From positions 12,703,805-12,763,681 of the forward strand of contig CM119270.1 of the NCBI GenBank assembly GCA_051294375.1: a DNA stretch of 59,877 bases, read 5' to 3'. The DNA is from Paraspadella gotoi (Eukaryota > Animalia > Chaetognatha). The position numbers and the translations under genes are program-made. The notes under the pieces were generated by a model. The model was not told where the DNA came from and ran no database searches. It saw only the letters and a list, made by a program, of their open reading frames with translations. This document shows, piece after piece, positions 14,201 to 27,774 of the stretch (the stretch's first letter is position 1; every line of letters starts with the position of its first letter).

Positions 14201-16220
14201 TTTCACAATGCCTTTTTCACGGGCCGCCTCTTTTTCTTGGCAATCTTTAGCGCGTTTAGACCGGTTCGCGTTCAGGCTGACGCCACCGCCGGTCGTCGCG
14301 CTTTCCATCGTATCTCTTATGTCTTCCTCTTGTTTCTGTCGATATCGGGCTGCTCACGGAAGGTAAACGGAGGGCGTAAGCAATGGTGGCGCCGGTCGTT
14401 CTTTTCCCGCGACGCCACTACCGTTTCACGATCTGGAACCCATCGGAGTCTGCTTGCTCGACCATCGTGTACTCGAACCGGGCGACCACGAACGGCGGTC
14501 GAAGGCATTTTTGGACAGCCGAGAATCGCAGCTTTGGCGAGCCGGCGGCGGCCGGCGTCGTAAAGAAACAAAAAGACGCCGGACGGTATCCCCTCAAACG
14601 GTCCCTCTGGTATCACAAAATCAACTCGTCTAAAAATATGCCGCACAGCGACGCAGAAAAAGCCGCCTCGATCCGAAAGACGGCGCCGCCATCGCGGATT
14701 TTTCAAGGCACGTCCTATGGTGCGGTGCCAGCGTCAGCCGGCCTGACCGCTGGAGGACAATCTGGCGCTTTTGTCCCGCGGGCTCTGCCTATGCCGATGC
14801 GCGGCCAATGACTAACGGAGGCGGCAGAAGAGGACCATCGTGGATAATGTCACGAGGAAACTAGGAGAGAGAGGGTCTGAGGTGGGGGAGAGGAGGGAGA
14901 GGGCCTGAGGGGGAGCGGAGAGGGAGGTTTGGGAGGGAGGGAGATGGTCGGAGGGTCCGAGCGGTAGAGATGGGGAGGTAGGCAGCCGTATGCGGGAGAG
15001 GCGAGGCGAGAGAGGGACGGAGGGAATGCTGGAGGGAGCGAGTCGGAGGGAGAAGAGAGGGTGAATAGAGAGAGAGAGGGAAGGAGGTACTGTGGACAGG
15101 GGTAGGAAAGGAAAGAAGGAAGGGATTAAACGGGAAGGGAAGCGGAAAGTAATAAAGGAATGGATATGGAGGAGAAGGAACCCAGACAGATCCATATACT
15201 TAAAAATACAACAGAAGAAAGAGAAGCGAGATGTCAGTAGAGAGAAGCAGAGAGAGACGTAGAATAGAGAGAGAGCAGAGAGAGAGAGAGAGAGGAAATG
15301 GTGCGGGAAGAGCAAAAAGCAATTGGTGGCGTAACGGAAATCGCCGGTAACTATCGAACAGGTGAAGAAAATAACAAGTGAGTGCGGAGAGTCGACTCCC
15401 TTCGGGTGATTCCTGCTGCATTAGAACATAAGTGCCTCTCTTAAGGACAATGCCAGATCGCGAGGACATGAGATAAAACTCCCCCCGGACGCTGACGATG
15501 TAGTACGAGTGTATTCGGGAATCTATGTTCACGCAGTCTGGAACGAGTTAAAATTATTAGTCAAACATCAGTCTTTCTTTATAAATATTTTTTCTAATTA
15601 TTTATCTTCCTAACACTTCATGAAAACAGTGGCCGACAAACGAGAGCAGCAGTACAAACAAAACACTCGACAACCGAGTAGAAAGACCAGAATGACGTCG
15701 ACTTAGCCATTCTTGACAAACAAGGAAGCTGCACAGACAGACACAGACGAAGTCCTAAGCGGCTGATATGACCAGACCCGCGGCCGTCAGACTCATGACA
15801 GGACAATATTGAATCGGAAAAGTCCAATTATCGAACCGTCCACGCGGCCTGGACGATATCTTTTTTTTTTCGTCTCTTTTCTATAATACGTTCAAAAGAC
15901 AACATAACTTTCTCTTCATATTTTCTTTCATAATATTGTTTACCTTACTGTAGCGAGTGCTAGAAAGAGAGAGAAGCCAAGACGGAGCGAGAGAAAGAGT
16001 GGACGAGAGGAGGGGACAGAAGCTCTGAATTTGTCTGAATAAATATTATTTTCAATAGCCGTCAACGAATTTTTTTTGCCGGGCTTTGTGGGGAGAAAAG
16101 ATAAGCGAGACATCGACGCGGGAGAGACTTTGCTTTGAAATTACAATCCTCCTCCACTTCTCGTTTCTCTCTCTCTCTTCTCTCTCTCTCTCTTCTCTCT
16201 TTCTTCGTCTTCGTGTTACG
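8160..16220. repeat. Large imperfect inverted repeat: arms ~8160-12357 and ~12627-16220, ~270-bp spacer
   Basis: 12121-12357 is the reverse complement of 12627-12860 (both give the ORF INIKINIFHLPTE). Further matches: 11100-11460 vs 13380-13695, 9900-10600 vs 14160-14815, 8220-8280 vs 16080-16140. Confidence 0.9.
14155..14812 (-). other. GC-rich, exon-like segment of an unidentified gene (mirror copy at ~9905-10605, + strand)
   Basis: Pyrimidine tract + CCGTTAG acceptor on the minus strand; composition like the NEK10 exons. Both copies are too error-rich to translate reliably. Confidence 0.3.
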
Positions 16221-17301
16221 CCCTCTCTGACTCATCTTTCCGTCGTTGAGCCTGTCTATGGCTGTTTGACGTGAGTAGAGCGCGGGCATCTCGCAATAAA
16301 GTAGGTGTTAAGGGATGATTGGAGAATGGGCAAGTGTCTAAAGGAGTGTTGCATAGAGGTCGGAGTGGTTCTAGACTTTATATCTATCCCGGTAGTGAAT
16401 AGGTTTTTTTCGATTTTTCGTTCGACTTGTGAAAAGGGTTCACTAAACACCATGTTATTTCTTGTGTGAGAAGATCCATGAGCTTCAATGTGCGTGTAGC
16501 CAAGGCGCATTAGGACGATTGATGGTTAAGAGGGCTCTAAGCTCTCGGAAAATTTTTTCAAGGAAAAAAACAAGTTTCATAGTTTTTTATGAATTTTGCT
16601 CGTTTTAGCCTTTCATTCATTTTTTGCATATTGCAGCTCACGTAATATTAATTCTTCTTCTAATTAACACATTATAATTTAAATTTTAATAATTTTTAAT
16701 TTTTGATTTTGTTATATCTATAAATTTATTTCTTATTACTTTTTTACTAGAAAAAAAATTCTCTAGATTATTCATACATTATTTTTAGGTTTTAGTTTCA
16801 TATACCAGCGTCATTATGGTAAATTTTCAAGATTAAAATTTAATGTTAAATTGTTCCAAATAGTATTTTTATCGTCAACGAATAACTTTAGCGTTTTTAA
16901 TGTATTATACATGGCTTGATAGTTATTTCACGTGAAAGTTTTTTTTTATTATCATAAATTTTGCTTTCGCCCCCAGATCATCTAAGATTTCGCTTATGTT
17001 CACGATTAAAAAGCAACCACAGATTCGCTCAGTCAGACAAATGTGTTGAACAAATTTCTTGAAAAAGTTACAACGGCTTAATTTCACTTGAAAAGATCAA
17101 AGAGAAAATCAGTAAAAAAAAATTAGAGAAATTTGAAAAGTAAAAAGGGAAAATGGAAGGAAAAAAAGGAAAGAGCGAAAGAGTAATGACAGAAAAGAAT
17201 GAAATAGAAATATACGTAAGGAAAAAAGAGTCAAATTAATGATAGACTAAACATTCGGTTTCGATCTCAACGTCACTTCTCGATTTCCTTCTGCTCAGCA
17301 G

Positions 17302-17368
17302 GCTCGGACACTTCCAAACATGAAGCCCATGAAGTGGGACGGACTTGGCCAGGATGCGGGCCGTCATG
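17302..17368 (+). pseudogene. Third, heavily degraded copy of the CAP exon
   Basis: CATGAAGCCCATGAAGTGGGAC core with recognisable flanks, inside the noisy 13.9-18.35 kb copy. Confidence 0.65.
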
Positions 17369-20300
17369 GTGGAGAGAAAGAGAGAAGATCGCGACGACGC
17401 GAGGAGCGTGCCCCGCTGTGATGCTCAATACGCGGTCGGTAAGGCGAAGTACGAGGAGCCGTGCGCTGTGCTGCCGTCGAGAGCTGAGGTGCGCGGGGGC
17501 GCTTGTTCGTGTCGTCGACTTTGACGAATTTTAGCGCGGTTTATGCGCGATGACAAAATGAGAATTTAGATCAAAGTATTTATTTTTTAGAAAAAATATT
17601 TTTGATTCTTTGTATTCGGATTGATTCGTATGTCCTGACCAAATTGAAGCAAATCGAATAAAGAAATTGCTAATTCGCTTGGTAGAGTTTATTAAAGTTC
17701 AAATCTTTTAGTCTGTAACTTGCTCGGACGTTTAATGACTTTTTATTGTCCCTCTGCAATGTCAATAAAATACTTTAACTTGTTTATTGTGGGTTGGATG
17801 AGGGAAAGTATCAACCAGCGTACCGACCGGGTCGATTGCGGACAATTTCTTTCGATAAAGATGCCTACGGGGACCGTAGAAAGAAAACCCTAACAAGTTG
17901 CAGTCGTAATCAATACGTTCTTTCGTAGCGTTAAGCCTCGGCTTGTCTTTTGTTTCTCGTTTAAAGAGGAAACAAGAGTTAATTACTACGTTCTTTAATT
18001 GACTGAGGTTACTGTTGAGAATTACCCATTTGTCCCGCTGTGAAACGTTGTACAATGTGTCAAGTGTGCAAGAGTTATGCACACTGTCGCAGACGTGACG
18101 AAGATGATTATGACTTTGTCAGTTCTCTGCTCGACGAGACGTCAAGATATTCCCCATCGCGTAGAATTTCTCCGTTAGCCTACGGAGCGAGAATGATATG
18201 ACAGCGAGCCGGTTAGGCGGTGGTCGATGTCGTGACCAGATAGTCTGAAACTATAGCTTCCCAGGCTAACTTGGTTCAAATCATCCCAGGGGCTAACGCG
18301 TCAATTGCGATGTGAAGCGAACAAATTTATTACAAGTTAATGATATTGCGATTCGAGTGTTTTCGTGCGTTCGTAGTCTTCTCACCACCGGAAATTTAAA
18401 TTTTTTCGCGCCTTTTTTGTGATTTCTCGGGAAAAAAGAGAAAATTAAAAAAAAACCTTTTCATCACATTTTCTTGGACAATAAAAAGAAATGGAGTAAA
18501 AAATTTNNNNNNNNNNNNNNNNNNNNNNNNNNNNNNNNNNNNNNNNNNNNNNNNNNNNNNNNNNNNNNNNNNNNNNNNNNNNNNNNNNNNNNNNNNNNNN
18601 NNNNNNNNNNNNNNNNNNNNNNNNNNNNNNNNNNNNNNNNNNNNNNNNNNNNNNNNNNNNNNNNNNNNNNNNNNNNNNNNNNNNNNNNNNNNNNNNNNNN
18701 NNNNNNNNNNNNNNNNNNNNNNNNNNNNNNNNNNNNNNNNNNNNNNNNNNNNNNNNNNNNNNNNNNNNNNNNNNNNNNNNNNNNNNNNNNNNNNNNNNNN
18801 NNNNNNNNNNNNNNNNNNNNNNNNNNNNNNNNNNNNNNNNNNNNNNNNNNNNNNNNNNNNNNNNNNNNNNNNNNNNNNNNNNNNNNNNNNNNNNNNNNNN
18901 NNNNNNNNNNNNNNNNNNNNNNNNNNNNNNNNNNNNNNNNNNNNNNNNNNNNNNNNNNNNNNNNNNNNNNNNNNNNNNNNNNNNNNNNNNNNNNNNNNNN
19001 NNNNNNNNNNNNNNNNNNNNNNNNNNNNNNNNNNNNNNNNNNNNNNNNNNNNNNNNNNNNNNNNNNNNNNNNNNNNNNNNNNNNNNNNNNNNNNNNNNNN
19101 NNNNNNNNNNNNNNNNNNNNNNNNNNNNNNNNNNNNNNNNNNNNNNNNNNNNNNNNNNNNNNNNNNNNNNNNNNNNNNNNNNNNNNNNNNNNNNNNNNNN
19201 NNNNNNNNNNNNNNNNNNNNNNNNNNNNNNNNNNNNNNNNNNNNNNNNNNNNNNNNNNNNNNNNNNNNNNNNNNNNNNNNNNNNNNNNNNNNNNNNNNNN
19301 NNNNNNNNNNNNNNNNNNNNNNNNNNNNNNNNNNNNNNNNNNNNNNNNNNNNNNNNNNNNNNNNNNNNNNNNNNNNNNNNNNNNNNNNNNNNNNNNNNNN
19401 NNNNNNNNNNNNNNNNNNNNNNNNNNNNNNNNNNNNNNNNNNNNNNNNNNNNNNNNNNNNNNNNNNNNNNNNNNNNNNNNNNNNNNNAGGAAGAAGGAAG
19501 GGATTAAAGGAGGAAGGGAAGACGGAAAGTAAATAATGGAAGGGAGGAGAGAGGGAAGGAACCATGGACTTAAAAATAAAGAGAAGAAAGAGAAGAGAGA
19601 GTCAGAGAGTCAGAGAGAGAGAGAGAGGAAATGGGGGGAAAAGAGAAAAAGCAATGGATGGGAAAGGAAACGCGGAATGGAAAGGAAGGAAAATACAATG
19701 AGTTGGGAGAGTCGACTCCCTCGGGGATTCCTGTTTGCATTAGAATTAAGTGCCTCTTAAGGAAATGCCAGATGCTTTGAGACATGAGAATAAACTCCCG
19801 GACGCTGACGATGTAGACGATGTATCGGAATTTATGTCACGCAGTTGGAACGAAGTAAAATTATTAGTAAAATCAGTTTTCTTTATAAAATATTTTTTTA
19901 ATATTTATCTTCTAAAACTATGAAAACAGTGGCCGACAAACGGAAAAGTAAAACAAAATGAAACCGAGAGAAAGACCAAATGACGTCGACTTAGCCCATT
20001 CTGACAAAAAGACAGCTAGACAGACAGACAGACGAAGTCTAAAGGAGCTGATAGACCAGACCCGCCGGTCGTCACGAATCATGACGGAATATTGAATCGG
20101 AAAATCCAATTATCGAACGTCACGCGCTGGACGATATTTTTTTTTTCTCGTCTCGTTTCTATAATAGTTAAAAGACAAATATTTCTCTTATATTTTTTTT
20201 CATAATATTGTTATTACTGTAGCGAGTGAGAAAGAGAGAGAAGCCAAGACGGGAGAGAAAGAGTGAGAGAGAGAGGGGAAAAGCTTTAATTTGTCTCGAA

Positions 20301-20451
20301 TAAATATTATTTCAAATCCTCAACAATTTTTTTTTCCGGTTTGTGGGAAGAAAAATAAGGAGACATCGACGAGGGAGAGATTTGCTTTGAAAATTAAACC
20401 CATTCTCTCTCTCTCTCTCTCTCTNNNNNNNNNNNNNNNNNNNNNNNNNCT

Positions 20452-20499
<48 letters not shown>

Positions 20500-21472
20500 A
20501 TTTTTCCGTGGAGCCTATGGCTGTTGAGTAGAGGGGTTTCGTAAAGGGTGTTAAGGATATTGGACATTGGGCAAGTAGTCTTAAAGGAGTGGTTCATAGA
20601 GGTCAGAGGGTTTCCAGACTATTCTATCGGTAGTGAATAGGTTTTTAGATTTTTCGTGGACTGTGAAAAAAAGGGTTTACTAAACACCATGTTATTCTTG
20701 TGTGAGGAGATCCATGAGCTTCAATGTGCGTGGAGCCAAGGGATTAGGACGATTGATGTTTAAAGAGGGTCTAAGCCTCGGGAAAAATTTTTTCAAGAAA
20801 AAACAAGTTTCACAGTTTTATAATTTTTGCTCGTTTTAGCTTCATCATTTTTGCATATTGCAGCTACTAATTTAATTCTTCTTTCTAATTAACACATTTT
20901 AATTAAAATTTTAATAATTTTAATTTTTGATTTTTTTAATTTATTTCTTATACTTTTTTTACTAAAAAATTTCTTTGATTATCATACATTATTTTTTAGT
21001 TTTAGTTTCCATTCAAAGATTAAGATTTAATGTTAAATTGTCCAAATATATTTTTATCGATCAACGAAAAAATTTTAGGCGTTTTTATTGTATTATAAAT
21101 GGGCCTGATAGTTATCACGGAAGTTTTTTTTTTAATTATCATAAATTTGCTTTCGCCCAGATCATCTAAGATTTCGCTTTTGTTCACGATGAAAAAGCAA
21201 CACAGATTCGCTCACAGACTCAAATTGTTAAACAAATCTCTTGAGAAATTACAACGGCTTAATTTCACTTGAAAAGACGAAAAGAAAACGAGTAAAAAAA
21301 TGAGAAAATTGAAAAGTTAAAAGAAGAAAATGGAAGGGAAGAAAAGGAAGAGGAAAGGAGAAATGAGAGAAAAATGAATAGAAATATACGAAGGAAAAAA
21401 GAATCTAAATTAATGATAGACTAAACATTCGGTTTCGGTCTCACCGTCACTTCCGATTTCCTTCTCTCGCAG

Positions 21473-21548
21473 GTCGGACCTTCCAACATGAAGCCCATGA
21501 AGTGGGGACGAGACTTTGGCGAGGATGGCGCAAGGAACACGTCAATAG
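21473..21548 (+). pseudogene. Duplicate copy of the CAP exon with two single-base insertions
   Basis: Same sequence and splice sites as 28978-29051, inside the 7.5-kb tandem duplicate. Confidence 0.75.
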
Positions 21549-22835
21549 GTGAGTGGGCGTGGGTGGGAGAGCGGGAGTGGGCGATTGTTAGCGTCGACTT
21601 TGACGAATTAGCGCGGTTATGCGCGATGACAATTGAGACTTAGATCAAAGGATTATTTTTTTAAAAAAAATATTTTTGATTCTTGTATTCGGTATTCTAG
21701 TTTCTGTCCAAAAGAAATGAAAAGAAATGCAATTTTCCGTTTATTAAATTCAAATTGTAATATTGTAAATAGACTTTCGCAGTCCAATTTTAATTATTAA
21801 CTTGTTTATTTTGGTTTCGGATGAGGGAAAGATCAAACGCGATACCGACACGTCGAGTCGGGAGACATTTCTTTCGATAAAATGACTACCGACTTGAGAG
21901 GACAAGTTGACAGTCGTAATCCAAAACGCTTTCGAGCGTTAAGCTCCGGTTGATCTTTTTGTTTCTCGTTTAAAGAGAGAAAAAAAAAGAGTTTTAATTA
22001 CTAGTCTTTAATTGACTGAGGTTACATGTTGAGAATATACCCCATTGTCCCGCGTGAACCGTGTACTGTGTCAAAGTGTGCAAAGATTGCACCCGTCGCC
22101 AGAACGTGACGAATCTCGATTATACTTGTCAGTCTCGCTCGAACGAGACGTCAAGATAATTCCCCACTCGAAATTCTCCGTTAGACACGAGGAGAATGAA
22201 TATGACAGCGAAGGCCAGGGTAGGTGGTCGATGTCAGTAGACCAGATACTTAACTAATAGTTACCATTGCTAACTTGGTTTTCAAATCATCCCAGGCTAA
22301 CGCGTCATAGCGATGAAGCGAACATTTATTGCAAAGTTAATGATATTGCGATTCGTTTTCGCAATTCTATCTTATTCATAGTCATAGAAAGCTAATTACG
22401 ACTGCATCACAGCTGAGAAACGTAAACACAGCCCATATGATCTCACACGAATGAAGATTAAAAATTTAAAAAAAATAATTCGGGGATCGGGAGAAGAGAG
22501 CGATTAATAAGTGCGTACGAGAATTGCCCACTATTTCTTCTCCCATTAAGTTATATTTACCTAGTACTACTATTTAATGTTTTAAAAATATTTTGTGTGT
22601 TTTTTTCCTAATTTCTTACTTATTTTTTTAAATTCAATTAAACTTTTTTGCTCTCACCAATTAATTACTTTTAAACCAGTGAAGCGAAATGTCATCAAGG
22701 AAATCGCTGCGTAAAAACTCACCAACTGGAAATTGGAGTGTTGTGTGTGAAGTGAAGTATGATCACCAAGTCGAGTAAGATTCCATGAGAAGGGAGAAGA
22801 GGAGAGAGAGAGAGTCGAGAGAGAGAGAAGAGAGA

Positions 22836-22871
<36 letters not shown>

Positions 22872-23412
22872 TGAGAGAGAGGAGAGAGAGAGAGAGAGAG
22901 AGATCCGGAATGAATTAAATCATGAGAACGGGTGTTAGAGGCTGGGAGCGGCTGCCTGCGACGACAAACAACGAGAAGCAAATGAAATCGAGACAAATTT
23001 CACTCAACGAAAATTAATAATTTAAGAAAAGAAATTTCAATATAATGGTTATTTAAGGTTAAAATAACCTTTAAAATGAATTCAAGAAAGATAAATAGGC
23101 GATAAATTTTAATTCAGTTATGTATATTTTCTAAAATGTAAAAAAATTACGAAATAAAAAAATTACGAAATAAAAAAAAGTGAAATGAGTTTTTTGTCAT
23201 TTCTCTAACTTCCGATTATAGTCTCACGCTAAATAAAAAGATATATTTTAAGTTAAATCCGCATATATTTTTTTTAATTATAATTATATCACAATCGTTT
23301 GAGCATAGACAAGAAAACAAAACAAGTTTCCATTATTAATGGCATTAATAAGGAAGCATTTGCCAACGAAGGGCCTTTTGTTTGTTTTTGACGCACATAG
23401 TAGCACCGATTC

Positions 23413-26400
23413 TCAGTTGCAGCCTTTGATCGCGTAGTAACCGGTCTCGCTGAGGACCGAATCGATTAGCGACATCATGTCCTCGTAGGTAACGCCCTCC
23501 GCCGTCCACTTCCTCCAGCGTTGGCGTCGTCCGTCGGCGTCGTGGGCGTTCTCCTCGCCGCCGCCGCCGTCGAGGATTCCCAACCAAAGTTGAGATCGAT
23601 CTGTTCCTTGGATCCGTTGACGAGCTTCTTCAACTCCGACTTGAGATCCACGTAAGAAGTTCCGCGGAGAGAAGAGGCGTCGCTTAAATCTTTCGACGAC
23701 GTGACGCGGACCGTCTGGCGTCAGGGTCCGGCGGAAGTTGACAGATATAGATGATCTTGTGGACTACGTTGAGCATCGGCATGAGAGGGGTCGCTGATCT
23801 GACGCACCTTGCGCGGGGAGATGGCGAGGGTGGTGGAGGGAGGCGGGAGCGGTTTGGGCGGGAGGAGTGGAGGGTGAGGAGCGTCCGATGGAGGCGGCGG
23901 ATCCGCCGCCGGAAACTCAAGCGTCTGGCGGCGGCGAAATCGGCTCGCTCGAGTCTGGGACCCCGACCTCTGCCTCGGCTAGTCCGCGGAAATTCGTCCG
24001 GCGTTTCTCGATCGCTGCTTGGATATCGACGCCGAGAGCGCCGCCGACGCCCGCCGACGCCGCCGACGACAACGTCCGCGGACTAAAGACGAAGACGCCG
24101 CTCGCGTTGGCTTGGGATTCACTGAAGGACTTTTGTCTGACGGCGGAAGTCGGTCGATGCAACGTCGTCGTTGAAGACGATGAAGACAGAGTGGAGGCGG
24201 CCTCGACGGTGCCGAGAGATCCGCTCGAGCCGCTCGAGTAGTCTTCCCTCGGAGTGGTGGGCGTGGAGTCGTCGCCCAACGTCCATTGTCGCGGCGAAAC
24301 GAAGTCGTCCTTGAGACACGACGTCTTCGCCGGACGGAAACGCCCGATGAGGATTGTCGTCGCTGACTCGACGACGTTGTCGAGGAGAAAAGGACGGAGC
24401 GAGAGTCGAACGTCTCCATCCTCAAAGTCCGAAGCGAATCGTCCCGCTGCCCGACAGGCGACATCCGGCGGGCGAAACGGGACCAGTCGGGGCGGTGGTG
24501 CCGGAGAGGCAGGAGAGTTTGTCGCAGCTGAAGGGGAAACAAATTTATTTGATTATCATACATTAGTTTTTAGTTTTCAGTTTTAGTTTCATTTCAGCGT
24601 CATTAGGTTAAAATTCAAACATTACAATTTAGTATTAAATTCTCCAAATATATTTTTTTATCAAATTAAACTTTTTATTCAAATTTAATTGAATAAAAAA
24701 AATGGAAAGTTCAAAAGTTACACTCTAACCATACTCGTCGCGATTATCGTCATAATTATTACGATCGTCATCGTTATCATTCTAAATTCGATTAATCATA
24801 TCATCGTCGGCATCTTCGTCGTCGTCCCCATCACCTTTCTTGAGAGGCTAGAAAGAGTCTGTGATAATTCTGCATGTTTCCTGTTGGCCTCGTCGAAGTG
24901 ACCGGTGCGTCCTCCTCCTCTCCGCTCCAAACTTCCTCTCCATCGAAATTCCCCGTCGCCCCGCAGCGAATCCAGCTGCGACAGCAGCACCGACGACATC
25001 GCGGCGCCGACCTCGACGACGTCAGGGCGCCGGCGCGCCGTCGGGCGTCAAACAGGTGGCGATGGATGTCGGACACTTTGGGCCGAGTAGGCGCCGTCGG
25101 CAACGGCTCGAAAATCGCCCTCTACGATCTTGGTTGGCCAGGCTGAGCATGTTCGCGCCTGTAGACAGGCGGGGCGGAGAGCGCACATCTCGTAAAGGAT
25201 GCAACCCGCCGCCCAGACGTCAACCTTCTCGTCGTAGGGTTCGTTTTTATGATCTCCGGGCAGGAATAAAGGATCGTACCCACTACGGAGGTCATGCAAG
25301 ACGCGTCGGTCTGTTTCACTTTCGCTAGACCAAAGTCGGTGATTGTCACGTGATTCGTTGTCGCCCCAGCATCACGTTGTTGGGCGTGAGATCCCTGTGA
25401 ATGACCCTTTTCTCTTTGTGAAGGTACCGAAGAGCGAGGACGATTTGGGTGAAGATATTCCAAACGCGATCTTCGGAGAATCTGTCTTCTTCTCTTTCGC
25501 CGAGTTGAAGTGTTCGTGCATGGAGGCGCCTTTCGATCAACTCCATCACGATGTACAGTTTGTTCGCCTCGATGAAAGTTCTGTAGTAACGAACGACGTT
25601 CGGATGTCGTAATTGTTCTTTAATGACGGAGAAGCTCCGACACGATTTCCCCGATTGGACTTTTCCTTTTCCCGCGCGTTTTTTCCCAACACCGCCCGCT
25701 TGGTGTTGATCTCCTTCATGGCGAGAAAGGACTGTCCCGCGGATCGCTTCTTCACCTTGAAGACGGAGCCAAAGGCGCCGGTGCCCAAGAGATCGAAGAC
25801 GGCGTATTGGCCGAGGAACATCATCGGAGCTTTGTTCTGGTCGGTGGCTTTGATTTTCTCAGAAATATCTTGTACGTTGGCGGCGGGAAGACGATTGACG
25901 ACGTCGATGACCTCCGAGTATGCTTGAAGGTCGGCGGACGTAGTGACCGATGTCGATGAACTTGGCGTAAAGTTCCGGGTAGAACAAGTATTGGAAGCTT
26001 TCTGTTGCGTTTCCAAAGAGAAGAGAAACCTGAGAGCGCGAAGGGCGGATTTTTGCAAATGAAGGACGGCGGCGGATTCCTTCTCGGAGGCTGCGCTCCT
26101 TTGCGGAAGAATCAACAAAGCGATGGTGTAGATGCCATTGGCCTGGACGATCGCTTGGGCGTTGGAGTCATTGAGCAATCAGTTCAGAAAAGAGCTGTGC
26201 AGATGGCAGCCCTGCAATGCGAGCACCAAAGGACGCTTTTCTTCTTTGTTTGTGATTTTTCTTTTGTGCAAGCGTGAAACTCGCGGTTTCCGAGTCGAGG
26301 ACGAATTTGCGGCCGTGCAGCATCGGAGAGCAGCAACGGGATGGCGCCATCTACGCATGTCGCTCGATGCGTCCGGATCGTCGGCCATTTGCACCAAACA

Positions 26401-27545
26401 CCAAGATGACCTCTCGCAGCAAATGGACGGAATCTTGATGCAAGACTCCGAGGAAGATCGGCACGCCGTCAAAGACTTTGACCTGCTCCCTGATCTGCGA
26501 GTCGGAGCAAAGAGTTTTTAGCAAATTGGCCGCCAACCGCTTGGAGGCGTTGTCGTAGTCTTGCACGATCCGCAGTAGCATCTCGATCGAGTTCAACTCG
26601 CCGATGGCGGCCGCGACACCGCGGACTCAGCGCCATCACCGTCAGCGCGTGCAGCGCGCAGTGTAGCACCCCGAGATCGGTCGACTGCAACAGGAGGATC
26701 AGCGGCTTTATGCGCGTTGTCGGCGAGCGCCTCCCGACGCTGCGGGCGCCGCGCAGAGCTTCTGTTTCGACGGAGATGAATTCCAGCAGCAGCTCGGAGA
26801 CGAAGGGGTCCGTCACCGTGGAGGAGATAGGATTCGGCGGCGCGTTGAAAGAGTCTGACCAAAGTCGGCGCCGCCTCGGACTCGACAAACTCGGACTGGA
26901 AAGCGGCGTCGCGAGGAACACCGCGCAGCAGCACCAGGAGGCGGAACATGGGCTCTGGCGTCGCTTTCAACGTCCACTCCTCGCGCAGCAGTCTATTGTC
27001 AACGACCATGCAAAAAAAGCGCCTTCGCCGCCGGCGCCAGTGGGCGTCGACGAAAAGTCTCGTCGTTCTTCAAAAGCGCGCGGAGAATGATTCGAAGGCT
27101 CGAGCGTCTTTGCGATAAGATTCTTCCGAAGCTTCGTCTGCGGCGTGCGGTTGAGGCCAGCGGCGCCTCCGCTGCAAGAGAAGGCCGGAAGAGGTCGCGC
27201 CGTGAAGACGTCGGTAAAAAGTCGTCGTCATTTTCATCGTCATCGTCGGCGAATGGAGGCGCCGAAAAATTTTCGATGAGGCGCTCGAGTTCGCGTTCGG
27301 TCGTCGTCGAGATGATCGTCAGATGGCGACGAGGGCGATTCCGCTATTGTTCCGCCATCTACTTTCGGAATTTAGCGTCGTTTGTTTTTCGTCAGTTTTC
27401 GTTTTCGTTCCTTCCGTTTCGTTGTTTTTCTTCTTCGTTTCGCGACCACGATTTCGAGTCGACTTTTGTTTGTTTTACAAGGGGACAACAGATGTGGCAC
27501 AAGGGCTCGCGGACGGCCTCGTTTCCGGTTGTCCATGTCGCCAAT
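23413..27545 (-). pseudogene. NEK10: Second, frameshifted copy of NEK10 (probably an uncorrected assembly duplicate rather than a true pseudogene)
   Basis: Near-identical to 30917-34993, including the intron. Differences are mostly scattered 1-nt indels that break it into many short ORFs (e.g. 25546-26178 MLNDSNAQAIVQANG..., 25346-25549 ...HRDLTPNN). Confidence 0.85.
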
Positions 27546-27675
27546 ATTTAATTTATTCCCAAATTTAGGATTTTTTATATCGCAAATTGTAACATTCTTT
27601 TCATATCCGTGGCCTACGTACGTGTACGCACTTGTAGCTTTATCGATCGCCGAGATTTGTTTTCAAGGGACGGGC

Positions 27676-27774
<99 letters not shown>

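Larger units (their letters stand above)
13905..22355 (+). repeat. ~4.4-kb direct tandem duplication (13905-18355 / 18356-22355; second copy contains the 981-N gap)
   Basis: TGATATTGCGATTCG ends both copies. 18395-18506 matches ~13945-14075; 19488 onward matches ~15110 onward. The first copy is much noisier. Confidence 0.88.

Noticed and set aside
18396-19565. Long ORFs containing X runs (also 43-327, 57209-57811, 58805-59859)
   Set aside because: Artefacts of N gaps.
19690-19830. MQTGIPEG resembling the reverse transcriptase/TERT motif QxxGIPQG
   Set aside because: No YxDD/VDD motif or other RT motifs recoverable nearby; the match is too short.
20700-20800. Minus-strand RLRPSLN resembling the end of a Penelope GIY-YIG endonuclease
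   Set aside because: Only a few residues match; the upstream sequence is AT-rich non-coding and no RT is present.
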